Part shown: piece after piece, positions 45,989 to 54,766 of the stretch | How the letters are laid out: each line of letters opens with the position of its first letter | Numbering within the stretch: the stretch's first letter is position 1 | From: Spirochaetia bacterium | Lineage (GTDB): Bacteria; Spirochaetota; Spirochaetia; UBA9216 | DNA: 64,000 bases | NCBI GenBank assembly: GCA_963677925.2 | Contig: CAXXYH010000004.1 | Coordinates: 1,472,001-1,536,000 of the forward strand | Reading direction: 5' to 3' | Position numbers and translations under genes: made by a program | Notes under the pieces: model-generated | Databases searched by the model: none | What the model was told of the DNA's origin: nothing | The model's input: the letters and a program-made list of their open reading frames with translations, nothing else

Positions 45989-47420
45989 ATTCAGACCACT
46001 TTTTGTCGACCATGGCTTTGACTTCATCAGTCATCTCGATGTCATCAGGCCATTCACGCGGGTGGCCTTCCTCAGGCCACTTTTTAGTGGCATCTATTCC
46101 AAGCCTGCTTCCGTAATGGGGCAGGGGCGAGGCATGATCCAGTGCATCCAGCGGACCTTCGGTAATAAGCAGGTCGCGTCTTGCATCAATATTGTTGAAG
46201 ACCTTCCACATTACAGTAGATATATCCGAGGGATTGATGTTCTTATCAACTACGATGATCATTTTTGTGTACATCATCTGGCCGCTGCCCCATATTGCGT
46301 TCATGACTTTCTTGGCATGGCCGGGGTATTTCTTGTCTATCGAGACAATTACACAGCTGTGAAAAACGCCCTCCAGCGGGAAGTTGATGTCCATAATCTC
46401 GGGGTTTATCATCTTTATAAGCGGAAGAAAGGTTCTCTCCGTAAGTTTTGCCAGATAGCAGTCCTCCATCGGCGGCTTGCCGACGATGGTAGCCGGGAAG
46501 ACCGGCTTTTTCTTACGGGTGATCTTTTCAACATGAAAAACCGGGTAGTAGTCTGTTAGTGAATAGTATCCGGTGTGATCACCGAAGGGGCCTTCAAGCA
46601 CATGAGGCTCGGCAGGATCCACCCAGCCTTCGAGGATAAACTCGGCATTCGCCGGAACTTTGATATCGTTTGTTATACATTTTACCTGCTCAACAGCCGC
46701 CTTGCGCAGAAAGCCTGCAAACATTATTTCATCAATGATAGCCGGCAGAGGTGCAGTTGCAGAATAGATGATTGCGGGATCACAGCCGAGGGCTACCGAT
46801 ACCGGCATCTTTTTTCCGGCTTTGCGGTATTTTTCATATATTTCACGGCCGTCCTTGTGCAGGTGCCAGTGCATTCCAGTTGTATTTTTGGAAAATACCT
46901 GCATCCGGTACATTCCTATATTCTGCTGTCCGGTATCCGGATCTCTTGTAAAAACAAGCGGCAGAGTCATGAAAGGTCCGCCGTCCTGAGGCCAGCAGTG
47001 CAGTACCGGCAGTGTATTCAGATCCGGTTCCTCCACCACCTGCTGACAGGCTGCGGGGCCGACAACCGGCCTGGGGAAAACCTCCAGCATTCTGGCCAGT
47101 TTGGGTATCGATTTTATCTTGTCGATGAGTCCCATATAGCTGCTTACATCAAGAAGATCTGTTATCTGATCAGCAAAATCGTCGATGGACTCTATTCCGA
47201 AGGCGAGATTCAGCCGGTCATAAGTTCCGAACCCATTTATGAATACAGGGTATTCCGAGCCTTTTACGTTTTCAAAAAGAAGTGCAGGTCCGCCCTCTTT
47301 CACAACCCTGTCGGCAATCTCGGTTATTTCAAGGTAGCTGTCGACTTCAGCTGAAATCCTTTTCAGCTCACCTTTCTTCTCAAGAAGTTTTATAAAACCC
47401 TGAAGATCTTTTACTGCCAT
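45978..47420 (-). CDS. ubiD: UbiD-family prFMN decarboxylase (menaquinone biosynthesis decarboxylase, MqnL-like)
   Basis: GGPALLFENV, WPQDGGPF, NIGMYRMQ, HWHLHKDG, EGPFGDHTGYY, GKPPMED, GPLDALDHAS, GIDATKK. Confidence 0.95.
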   Translation of the reverse strand: MAVKDLQGFIKLLEKKGELKRISAEVDSYLEITEIADRVVKEGGPALLFENVKGSEYPVFINGFGTYDRLNLAFGIESIDDFADQITDLLDVSSYMGLIDKIKSIPKLARMLEVFPRPVVGPAACQQVVEEPDLNTLPVLHCWPQDGGPFMTLPLVFTRDPDTGQQNIGMYRMQVFSKNTTGMHWHLHKDGREIYEKYRKAGKKMPVSVALGCDPAIIYSATAPLPAIIDEIMFAGFLRKAAVEQVKCITNDIKVPANAEFILEGWVDPAEPHVLEGPFGDHTGYYSLTDYYPVFHVEKITRKKKPVFPATIVGKPPMEDCYLAKLTERTFLPLIKMINPEIMDINFPLEGVFHSCVIVSIDKKYPGHAKKVMNAIWGSGQMMYTKMIIVVDKNINPSDISTVMWKVFNNIDARRDLLITEGPLDALDHASPLPHYGSRLGIDATKKWPEEGHPREWPDDIEMTDEVKAMVDKKWSEYGL

Positions 47421-47423
47421 TTA

Positions 47424-48509
47424 TTATCTCCCGACCTCGTTGTAGCTCGTGTCAGTTAGGCTGAAACTGTCTCCCAGCCCGCTTGTGAGGTACATATCCT
47501 TATTTTCCATCAGAATAATTGCTTCTGTGTCCGGCATTTCTTCAACAAGAGCCAGGCCTGCCTCTACACCGAGGGAGAAAACTGTGGTAGACATTGCATC
47601 CGCCTGCATTGATACAGGGCAGATTATTGACACCTGGGCGATTCCGTTTTCAACGGGGTATCCGTCCTTAGTGCTTAAGATATGGTGATACCGCCTGTCA
47701 TCTTCAATAAAGAAGCGTTCATATTTACCCGAAGAAACTACTGCCTTATCACTGATTGAAAGGACTCCGATGTATTCGCCCCTTGATGTATCCGGATTCT
47801 GGATTCCAATCCGCCATTCCGAGCCGTCGAGTTTTGTACCGAGTGCAAGTACATTCCCGCCAAGGTTTATAAGCGATGATGTGACGCCGACTGAATGGAG
47901 GTATTCGGCGATTTTATCGGCTGAAAAACCCTTGGCTACTCCGCCCGGTTCCAGTTTCATTTTTTCAGTTTCGAGGAATGCATAGTATTTACCGCTGTCG
48001 GATGTGAGACTGAGTCTGTTATAGTCAACCAGTTCAAGTGCTGCATTTATTTCTGCTTTTGAGGGAACTCTTGCATCTTCACTTCCTATTCCCCAGAGGC
48101 TTACAAGAGGCCCTATGGTTATGTCGAAGGTACCACCGCTTTTCTCAGAGAACTGAAGGCCCTCTGAAAGTACTTTGTAGAAGTCGGCGGAAATCTCAAC
48201 CGGTTGAAGGCCTGCAGCCTTGTTAACTTTATTTGCAGTGCTGTCCGCAATTGTCACACTCATCTGCTGCTCAATATCATCAACCAGAGTCCTGATTTCA
48301 GAAAATATATCTGATGCCTGTAAATTATCTGTACCGGCAACTCTGCCTTTTTTATCGGCATCGATGCTGATACTGCAGGTTGTTCCGATGGCAAGAAAGC
48401 TGTCATTTACACGTTCATATTCAGTCTGTCCGAGAGCAAAAAGGCTGCCGGCAGATAAAACTGCTGTTAAAAATATTAGAGTAAAAATTTTATTAGTTCG
48501 TATTTGCAT
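47424..48509 (-). CDS. apbE: FAD:protein FMN transferase (ApbE/FmnB)
   Basis: FDITIGPLVSLWG, GGVAKGF, INLGGNV, WRIGIQNP, SSGKYERF, YHHIL, ADAMST. Start ATG 48509 with signal peptide; promoter TTAACA-N17-TAAAAT 7 nt upstream. Confidence 0.95.
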   Translation of the reverse strand: MQIRTNKIFTLIFLTAVLSAGSLFALGQTEYERVNDSFLAIGTTCSISIDADKKGRVAGTDNLQASDIFSEIRTLVDDIEQQMSVTIADSTANKVNKAAGLQPVEISADFYKVLSEGLQFSEKSGGTFDITIGPLVSLWGIGSEDARVPSKAEINAALELVDYNRLSLTSDSGKYYAFLETEKMKLEPGGVAKGFSADKIAEYLHSVGVTSSLINLGGNVLALGTKLDGSEWRIGIQNPDTSRGEYIGVLSISDKAVVSSGKYERFFIEDDRRYHHILSTKDGYPVENGIAQVSIICPVSMQADAMSTTVFSLGVEAGLALVEEMPDTEAIILMENKDMYLTSGLGDSFSLTDTSYNEVGR

Positions 48510-48606
48510 ACCGGCTATTTTAGTGAAAGCGGGCGGCATTGTTAATAGTAGTTGCGTAGATCCCGATGACCTTTTCATACTAATTGCTTCTGATGTATAT
48601 TCAGAT

Positions 48607-49158
48607 ATGGACGATATTCTTCAGAACATTGGAAAAAGAATAAAAAAAATCAGGAAAGATAAAGAGCTTACTATAAAGGACATTGCCGACAGGCTGAATC
48701 TTACCAGAAGCCTTATCAGTCAGATCGAAAACAACAAGGTTACACCGTCCATAAAAACACTTGCCCAGATAGCATCAATTCTGAATACTCCTTTAACAGC
48801 CTTCTTTGAAGACATCGATGACCCCAATCCCGTTGTGAGGAAAAGTGAAAGACAGAAGCTTGAAACAAGAGACGGCGTATCTTATGAGATGCTTACCCGA
48901 AACGTTTCCTGTCATAAGTTCGAAGTTCTTGAAAGCACCTTTGAAGAGGATGGAACTTCGGGTTTTCATCATAAACACAGCGGTGAAGAATGCGGGATTG
49001 TCGTTAAGGGACGGTTCCGGGTCGAGACTGGTGATGATGAATACACCCTAAGCGAGGGAGATTCCATCTATATTGATTCTTCAAGACCGCACAGAATCAC
49101 AAATGTATCCGACGGTGAATCGGTTGCGATATGGATAAACTGTCCGCCTTCACGGTAA
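48607..49158 (+). CDS. XRE-family HTH + cupin regulator (PuuR-like)
   Basis: IGKRIKKIRK, SQIENNKVTPSIKTL, HSGEECG, GDSIYIDSSRPH. The ORF-track extension to 48220 lies antisense to apbE. Confidence 0.92.
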   Translation: MDDILQNIGKRIKKIRKDKELTIKDIADRLNLTRSLISQIENNKVTPSIKTLAQIASILNTPLTAFFEDIDDPNPVVRKSERQKLETRDGVSYEMLTRNVSCHKFEVLESTFEEDGTSGFHHKHSGEECGIVVKGRFRVETGDDEYTLSEGDSIYIDSSRPHRITNVSDGESVAIWINCPPSR

Positions 49159-49255
49159 TTATATCGCTGCAGTTATAACGATACTATGAAATAACCATTT
49201 TGACTTTCTCCCTCTTTGCGTTAGCATGAAGCATGAAAACTTCCAGGGAGGAAAT

Positions 49256-51214
49256 ATGAAAGATATAAGCCGGTATGCTCACGTGTTCCAGCCATTGACT
49301 ATAAAGGGTGTAACACTTAAAAACAGGCTGCAGTATGCACCGACTGTGGTATTGAAATGTGCGCCGAACGGCGATATGACTGAAGAAATGCTCGAATTCA
49401 TGGAATGGCAGGCTAAAACCGGTGTTGCATATGTGACTGTAGGCGATACTCCCGTTACCCATGAAAATGACTCTGCATGGCTCTGCGAAATGAATGTAAA
49501 TTCAGATGACAACATACATGGAATGAATCAGCTGGTAGAAGCTGCACGATATAACGGAGCAGAGATCTCAGTTGAACTTGCACATGCCGGAAGAGGCTCG
49601 CGACAGAACATAGACTGCCCGCCGGTGCTTGCTGTATCTGCCTCCCGTCCATTGAACCCTGAAGAAACGCACCTGAAAGAGATGGATCAGGCGGATATGG
49701 ATTATATGAAGAGTCGGTATGTCGATTGCGCTGTGAGATGTAAAAAAGCGGGTTTCCGTATAATCATGCTTCACTGCGCCCACAACAACCTCATTGCCCA
49801 GTTTCTTTCTCCTGCCAGCAACGTCCGGACTGATGAATACGGCGGAACACCGCAGAACCGGCGCAGATGGCCTCTTGAGGTTCTGAAGGCTGTAAGGGAT
49901 GCGGTTGGTGAAGAAATGGTAATTGAGATAAGGGTTTCCGCCCAGGAGGATAACCCTGATGGCCTTCAGTTTGATGAGTCGCTCGACTTCATGGAAGCAG
50001 CACAGCAGTACATTGATATTGTACATATTTCACGCGGAAGCATCTTTGACTTTACAGCCGCGGTCTACACCATCCCCACATATTTCAAGGGAAGACAGCT
50101 TAATGTAGCCTTTGCAGCCGAGGCAAAAAAAAGGCTGAAGATTCCTGTTGCCGTTGTCGGAAATATCACTTCACTTGCTGAAGCTGAAGAAATAATAGCA
50201 TCCGGCAAGGCTGATATTGTGGCTATCGCCAAATCCTACATGGCGGACGGTGATCTGATTCATAAATCAGTGGATGGAAGGGCTGAGGATATCAGACCAT
50301 GTACCCGATGTGATCAGTGCGGGAATGCGAATACCTACGGTACTTCAATGCGCTGTGCAGTCAATCCGCGAATGGGTATTCCCGGCGGTATCGAAGTGCT
50401 CGCTCCTGCAGATCGTAAAAAAGTAATGATTGTAGGCGGCGGACCCGGCGGAATGATGGCGGCTCAGACTCTTATCGCCCTGGGGCACAGGGTGAGTCTA
50501 TATGAAAAAATGGAGACTCTCGGCGGTCTTTTAAAAGACGCTACGGCTGCACCTTTTAAGGAATACCTTCGAAACTATCTTGACTGGGACATCAGGGCAA
50601 CTATGTCCTGCGGTGCCGAAATAAAACTGAATACCGAAGTTTCGGCAGAACTTGTTGAAAAAGAGAATCCTGATGCAGTAATTGTTGCTACAGGTTCCAA
50701 GTATCTAGTTCCGCCGATTCCGGGAATTGAGAGCGATATTGTAAAGTCTGTAATTGATGTTGAGTCAAATAGAGCCGTGACAGGTGAAAAGGTACTTGTC
50801 TGCGGTGGCGGGCTGTCGGGCCTTGAGTGCGCACTTACCCTTGCTATGGAGGGGAAGGATGTTACTGTGATAGACATGATACCGGTGAATGAATTCTGTG
50901 TTGATATGCCTATTTTTAATAAGGCGGATCTCTTCGAGCACCTGAAACGCTTTGGTGTAAAGCTGGTAGGTGAACGGAGAATTATATCCTTTTCAGAGTC
51001 GGGTGTGGAAGTTTCCGGTCCTGACGGAGAGAAGGAAATATTTGAGGCGGATACCTGCGTCAATGCCCTGGGCGTTGTGCCGGATAATACGCTTGGGCTG
51101 GAGCTTCTTGGAAAGTATGGAAATGATGTTTTTTTGATTGGGGACTGTGTATCAAAGGGGCGGACTTTTTATCATGCTAACCAGGAAGCCTACCATGCTT
51201 CAATGCGGATTTAA
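49256..51214 (+). CDS. Old-yellow-enzyme / NADH:flavin oxidoreductase with Fe-S and FAD domains (BaiCD/DCR-like architecture)
   Basis: LKNRLQYAP, ELAHAGR, HCAHNNLIAQFLSP, RTDEYGG, CTRCDQC...CAVNP, GGGPGG, VATGS, GGGLSGLE, IGDC. SD GGGAGG. Confidence 0.93.
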   Translation: MKDISRYAHVFQPLTIKGVTLKNRLQYAPTVVLKCAPNGDMTEEMLEFMEWQAKTGVAYVTVGDTPVTHENDSAWLCEMNVNSDDNIHGMNQLVEAARYNGAEISVELAHAGRGSRQNIDCPPVLAVSASRPLNPEETHLKEMDQADMDYMKSRYVDCAVRCKKAGFRIIMLHCAHNNLIAQFLSPASNVRTDEYGGTPQNRRRWPLEVLKAVRDAVGEEMVIEIRVSAQEDNPDGLQFDESLDFMEAAQQYIDIVHISRGSIFDFTAAVYTIPTYFKGRQLNVAFAAEAKKRLKIPVAVVGNITSLAEAEEIIASGKADIVAIAKSYMADGDLIHKSVDGRAEDIRPCTRCDQCGNANTYGTSMRCAVNPRMGIPGGIEVLAPADRKKVMIVGGGPGGMMAAQTLIALGHRVSLYEKMETLGGLLKDATAAPFKEYLRNYLDWDIRATMSCGAEIKLNTEVSAELVEKENPDAVIVATGSKYLVPPIPGIESDIVKSVIDVESNRAVTGEKVLVCGGGLSGLECALTLAMEGKDVTVIDMIPVNEFCVDMPIFNKADLFEHLKRFGVKLVGERRIISFSESGVEVSGPDGEKEIFEADTCVNALGVVPDNTLGLELLGKYGNDVFLIGDCVSKGRTFYHANQEAYHASMRI

Positions 51215-51340
51215 TAACTTCAAAGGTATGGAGATTGCGATTTTTATTCATTGACAGAATCGAAGAATTTAACTAACATTTGTGTACTCATCTTTACTAT
51301 GGTTAAAAACACAAATACCAAATATTTGGAGGAATAATAA

Positions 51341-52099
51341 ATGGGACGATTACAGGATAAAATAGCAATTGTAACCGGCGGAAACTCCGGAATCGGACTT
51401 GCAACAGCAAAGCTCTTCTGCAAGGAAGGTGCAAAAGTTGTTATCTGCGGTAGAAGAGACGCTGAAAACAAAAAGGCTGTTGAAGAAATTACAGCAGCAG
51501 GCGGCGAAATAATGGCTGTTCAGGCTGATGTTTCAAAGCAGGAAGACTGTCACAAGGTTGTTGACGCAACTATTGAAAAATACGGAAAGATTGATGTACT
51601 GGTTAACAATGCCGGTATTGCAGACAGGCACATGCCTATCAACAAGTGTACTGAAGACTGGTATATGGAAGTATGTCTGATTGACCAGTTCTCAGTTTAC
51701 TACATGAGCAAGTATACTCTTGAGCACATGGAAAAGGTTGGAACTGGTTCTATTGTTAACGTTTCTTCAATCGGAGCAATGGGTCTTGCCGGTATTTCAT
51801 ACAGCGCAGCAAAATCTGCTGTTAACGCAATGACCAAGAATATCGGTCTTCAGTATTCTGCAACAGGAATCAGATGCAACGCTGTTGGCCCCGGACCTAC
51901 TCCTACACCGCTTAACGCTCCTGAAGCATTCAAGCACTTCTATATGGAGTTTGCAGATAAGTGTGCACAGCATCTTGACCTTTCTGTTCCGGAGGCTCAG
52001 GCTGAGGACCAGGCTGAAGCAATTCTCTTTTTTGCAAGCGATGCTTCAAAAGCTGTTACAGCTCAGGTTATGTACGTATCTCACGGAACAACAATATAA
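51341..52099 (+). CDS. Short-chain dehydrogenase/reductase
   Basis: TGGNSGIG, NNAG, SS, YSAAK, PGPTPT. Confidence 0.95.
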   Translation: MGRLQDKIAIVTGGNSGIGLATAKLFCKEGAKVVICGRRDAENKKAVEEITAAGGEIMAVQADVSKQEDCHKVVDATIEKYGKIDVLVNNAGIADRHMPINKCTEDWYMEVCLIDQFSVYYMSKYTLEHMEKVGTGSIVNVSSIGAMGLAGISYSAAKSAVNAMTKNIGLQYSATGIRCNAVGPGPTPTPLNAPEAFKHFYMEFADKCAQHLDLSVPEAQAEDQAEAILFFASDASKAVTAQVMYVSHGTTI

Positions 52100-52133
52100 T
52101 CGACGCTGTCAGTCAATTTTAAATTGAGTATCT

Positions 52134-52168
52134 GCCTGCAGGGAATTCCCTCTGCAGGCTTTTTTTTT
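52134..52168 (+). terminator. Intrinsic terminator
   Basis: GCCTGCAG/CTGCAGGC hairpin followed by T9. Confidence 0.88.
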
Positions 52169-52205
52169 GTATATATTCTGTTTTATAATTAAACCGGAGA
52201 CGCAG

Positions 52206-52805
52206 ATGAACGAACGTGCCCGGCAGGCGAATCCGGTTTTTAAGGATCGTACCACTATTTCAATAAGAGCCTTTGGAATGGTATTTACCGGTAATATAAT
52301 AGGTTATATTCCGGATTCCGATGGAGGAAATGCCAAGTGGCACAGATGGATATTCGAAAATGACGGAACCTCACCGTCTATGAACCCTCTGGCTCATTTT
52401 TTCCCGGGACGGGATTTTAAAAAATTTTTATTCAAGCATCCTGATACCGATTTTGGAATGAGCAGATATCTTGTTTTGGGAAATACCACCCTGAATCAAG
52501 GCTACCGTGTAACTCTTGCCGACGGAACAGTTGTTTCAGGATACGACTACGAAAACTCCGCTCCTGAAAGCAGGGAGCGCCGTATGATTCCCGTAAGACT
52601 GAAGCCTGTTCTCTATGAGCTGAACGGTGTTAGTCTTGATGAGGCACAGAATATTTTCAGCTCACTTTCTGAAGAGTTTTCGGATTACATCAACCTTAAA
52701 TTTGAGGTGGATGATGAATACGGGACGACAGTGCTTAATCTCTGGGGTGAACGCCTGGAAACAGATGAGGAATACAGGCAGCGTAGATCTGCTGCAGATA
52801 AATAG
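52206..52805 (+). CDS. Hypothetical protein
   Basis: 199-aa ORF filling the gap, SD GGAG, TATAAT upstream; no family recognised. Confidence 0.6.
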   Translation: MNERARQANPVFKDRTTISIRAFGMVFTGNIIGYIPDSDGGNAKWHRWIFENDGTSPSMNPLAHFFPGRDFKKFLFKHPDTDFGMSRYLVLGNTTLNQGYRVTLADGTVVSGYDYENSAPESRERRMIPVRLKPVLYELNGVSLDEAQNIFSSLSEEFSDYINLKFEVDDEYGTTVLNLWGERLETDEEYRQRRSAADK

Positions 52806-52869
52806 AGCAGCCTGCCGAAGGGTAGTATTCCTTTAACGACATATCGAGAAAGATGTGGTAAGATTTCTT

Positions 52870-53784
52870 ATGGAATTTAATCAGCTGCGTTATTTTCAGA
52901 CTGTTGCAAAGACGGGAAATGTTTCAAAGGCCTCGGAAATACTATTTGTAACTCAGCCCAATATCAGCAAGAGCATCGCCCGGCTTGAAGATGAAATCGG
53001 GGTCCAATTATTCGATCACCGCAAGGGCAAGATTACTCTCAATGAATACGGTCGGGTCTTTCTTTCCAGCGTTGAAGTAGCTTTTTCGGAACTGACTACC
53101 GGGGTTCAGACAGTACAGCGTCTTTTTGAAACAAGTCAGGGTACCCTGTCTCTTGCATGTTCAATTGATGATTTTCTGCCCGACCTTCTTAAGCAGTTTT
53201 CGCTTCAGCATCCTGAAATCGGAATAAGGCAGTTAAGCCATTCTTTTAGCACTATAATCGAACATCTTCTGGATCGTTCCCTTAATATTGCAATTACAAG
53301 TCAGGAAATAAAAGATGAACGCATTGTTTTTGAGCTTTTAGGGCGTAAAGACTATGTAATTCTTGTGCATAAGTCACATCTTCTTGCCTCGGAAGGCGAG
53401 GTTCACGTCAGTCAGCTGCGTGATGAGAAGTTTATCTGCGACAGTACCAGGCTTAACCTGGAAAAACTCAGGGATATCTGTATTAAACAGGGTTTCGCAC
53501 CCGATGTGGCCTTTGAGGTTGAAAGTTCGGATTTAATCTTTCAGCTGATTGAAGGGAATGCCGGTATTGCCTTAGTTCCCGTCCCTCAGTTTGCAAAATT
53601 TGTATCGCAGAACAGAGACCATCATATCAGTGTTCTTAAGATTAAGGATGATATTCCTCCGGCCATGATTGGGGTAGCTTATCATAAAGGCTATGTTATT
53701 TCAAAGTCAGCCGAGATGTTCATTGCCTTCATCAGAGAGTGGCTTGCAGGTGAAGACAGGCTGATTGAAAAACTCGGTTTATAG
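52870..53784 (+). CDS. LysR-family transcriptional regulator
   Basis: MEFNQLRYF, ASEILFVTQPNISKSIARLEDEIGVQLFDH, LNEYG. Confidence 0.95.
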   Translation: MEFNQLRYFQTVAKTGNVSKASEILFVTQPNISKSIARLEDEIGVQLFDHRKGKITLNEYGRVFLSSVEVAFSELTTGVQTVQRLFETSQGTLSLACSIDDFLPDLLKQFSLQHPEIGIRQLSHSFSTIIEHLLDRSLNIAITSQEIKDERIVFELLGRKDYVILVHKSHLLASEGEVHVSQLRDEKFICDSTRLNLEKLRDICIKQGFAPDVAFEVESSDLIFQLIEGNAGIALVPVPQFAKFVSQNRDHHISVLKIKDDIPPAMIGVAYHKGYVISKSAEMFIAFIREWLAGEDRLIEKLGL

Positions 53785-53899
53785 GATTTTTCTGAAGCTG
53801 CTGAAAGTTATTACCTGTACAGCATAACGATAGGATGAAAAAGACATTTTGAACAGAAGGCCTGCACTGATATACTGTTTTTCAGAAAATGAAAGGAGT

Positions 53900-54691
53900 A
53901 TGAAAATGCCGGCTGATATTAAGGGAAAAGTTGTTCTTATAACAGGCGGAGCTTCAGGGATGGGCAGAGCGGCAGCTCTTGAGTTCGCTGAGCTCGGCGC
54001 AAAGGTAGTTGTATCAACTGCAAATAACATAAAAGGCGGTGAAGAGACCGTTTCAATGATAAAAGAAAAGGGCGGCGAGGCTTTTTTTATTCAGTGCGAT
54101 GTAGGCTCTGAAGCTTCCGTGGAAAAACTGGTTGCGGGCACTGTCGGGAAGTACGGCAGGCTGGACTGCGCCTTTAATAATGCGGGGATCGGTCCCGACG
54201 GCGTTCGGATTCCGCATGTTCCCCTTACTGAAGTTTCTGAAGAAAACTGGGACCGCATAATGAATACAAACCTGAAGGGTATCTTTTTCTGTCTGAAACA
54301 TGAGCTTAGGCAGATGCAGAAGCAGGGAAGCGGGGCTATCGTAAATACAGCCTCAATCGGAGGTCTGAAAATGGCCCCGAACTTCGGAGCTTACGGTCCG
54401 AGCAAGAGCGCAGTAATTGCGGTTACACGAACAGCAGCAATCGAGAATGCCAGAAATGGTATCAGGGTTAATGTTGTCTGCCCGGGGCCCACTGCAGGGA
54501 CCAATCTTATGAATAATACGCTTGAAACAAATCCTGAGGAGGAGAACCTTCTCAGGGAACATGTTATCCCTATGGGGAAACTTGGAACAACCCTGGATGT
54601 TGCAAGGGCCGTTGTATGGCTTTGTTCAGATTTTTCAGGAAATACTACCGGTCAGGCTCTGTCTGTTGACGGCGGAATGCATATTGCCTGA
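53900..54691 (+). CDS. Short-chain dehydrogenase/reductase
   Basis: TGGASGMG, FNNAGI, NTAS, YGPSK, CPG, VDGG. SD AAGGAG. Confidence 0.95.
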   Translation: MKMPADIKGKVVLITGGASGMGRAAALEFAELGAKVVVSTANNIKGGEETVSMIKEKGGEAFFIQCDVGSEASVEKLVAGTVGKYGRLDCAFNNAGIGPDGVRIPHVPLTEVSEENWDRIMNTNLKGIFFCLKHELRQMQKQGSGAIVNTASIGGLKMAPNFGAYGPSKSAVIAVTRTAAIENARNGIRVNVVCPGPTAGTNLMNNTLETNPEEENLLREHVIPMGKLGTTLDVARAVVWLCSDFSGNTTGQALSVDGGMHIA

Positions 54692-54723
54692 TCATAGCTA
54701 TCTGAATAAGTAAATGCTGATTG

Positions 54724-54758
54724 AATCCCCGGAGCCGAGATACTCCGGGATTTTTTTT
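54724..54758 (+). terminator. Intrinsic terminator
   Basis: AATCCCCGGAG/CTCCGGGATT hairpin followed by a T-tract. Confidence 0.75.
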
Positions 54759-54766
54759 AGGTTTAA

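Noticed and set aside
45581-47354. Long plus-strand ORFs 45581-46021, 45792-46559 and 46575-47354
   Set aside because: Antisense shadows of the well-conserved ubiA/ubiD genes; no motifs or translation signals.
48220-48606. 129-aa N-terminal extension of the XRE-cupin ORF, and the extension of apbE to 48578
   Set aside because: The extensions overlap each other on opposite strands. Domain boundaries and promoter-like hexamers support starts at 48607 and 48509.
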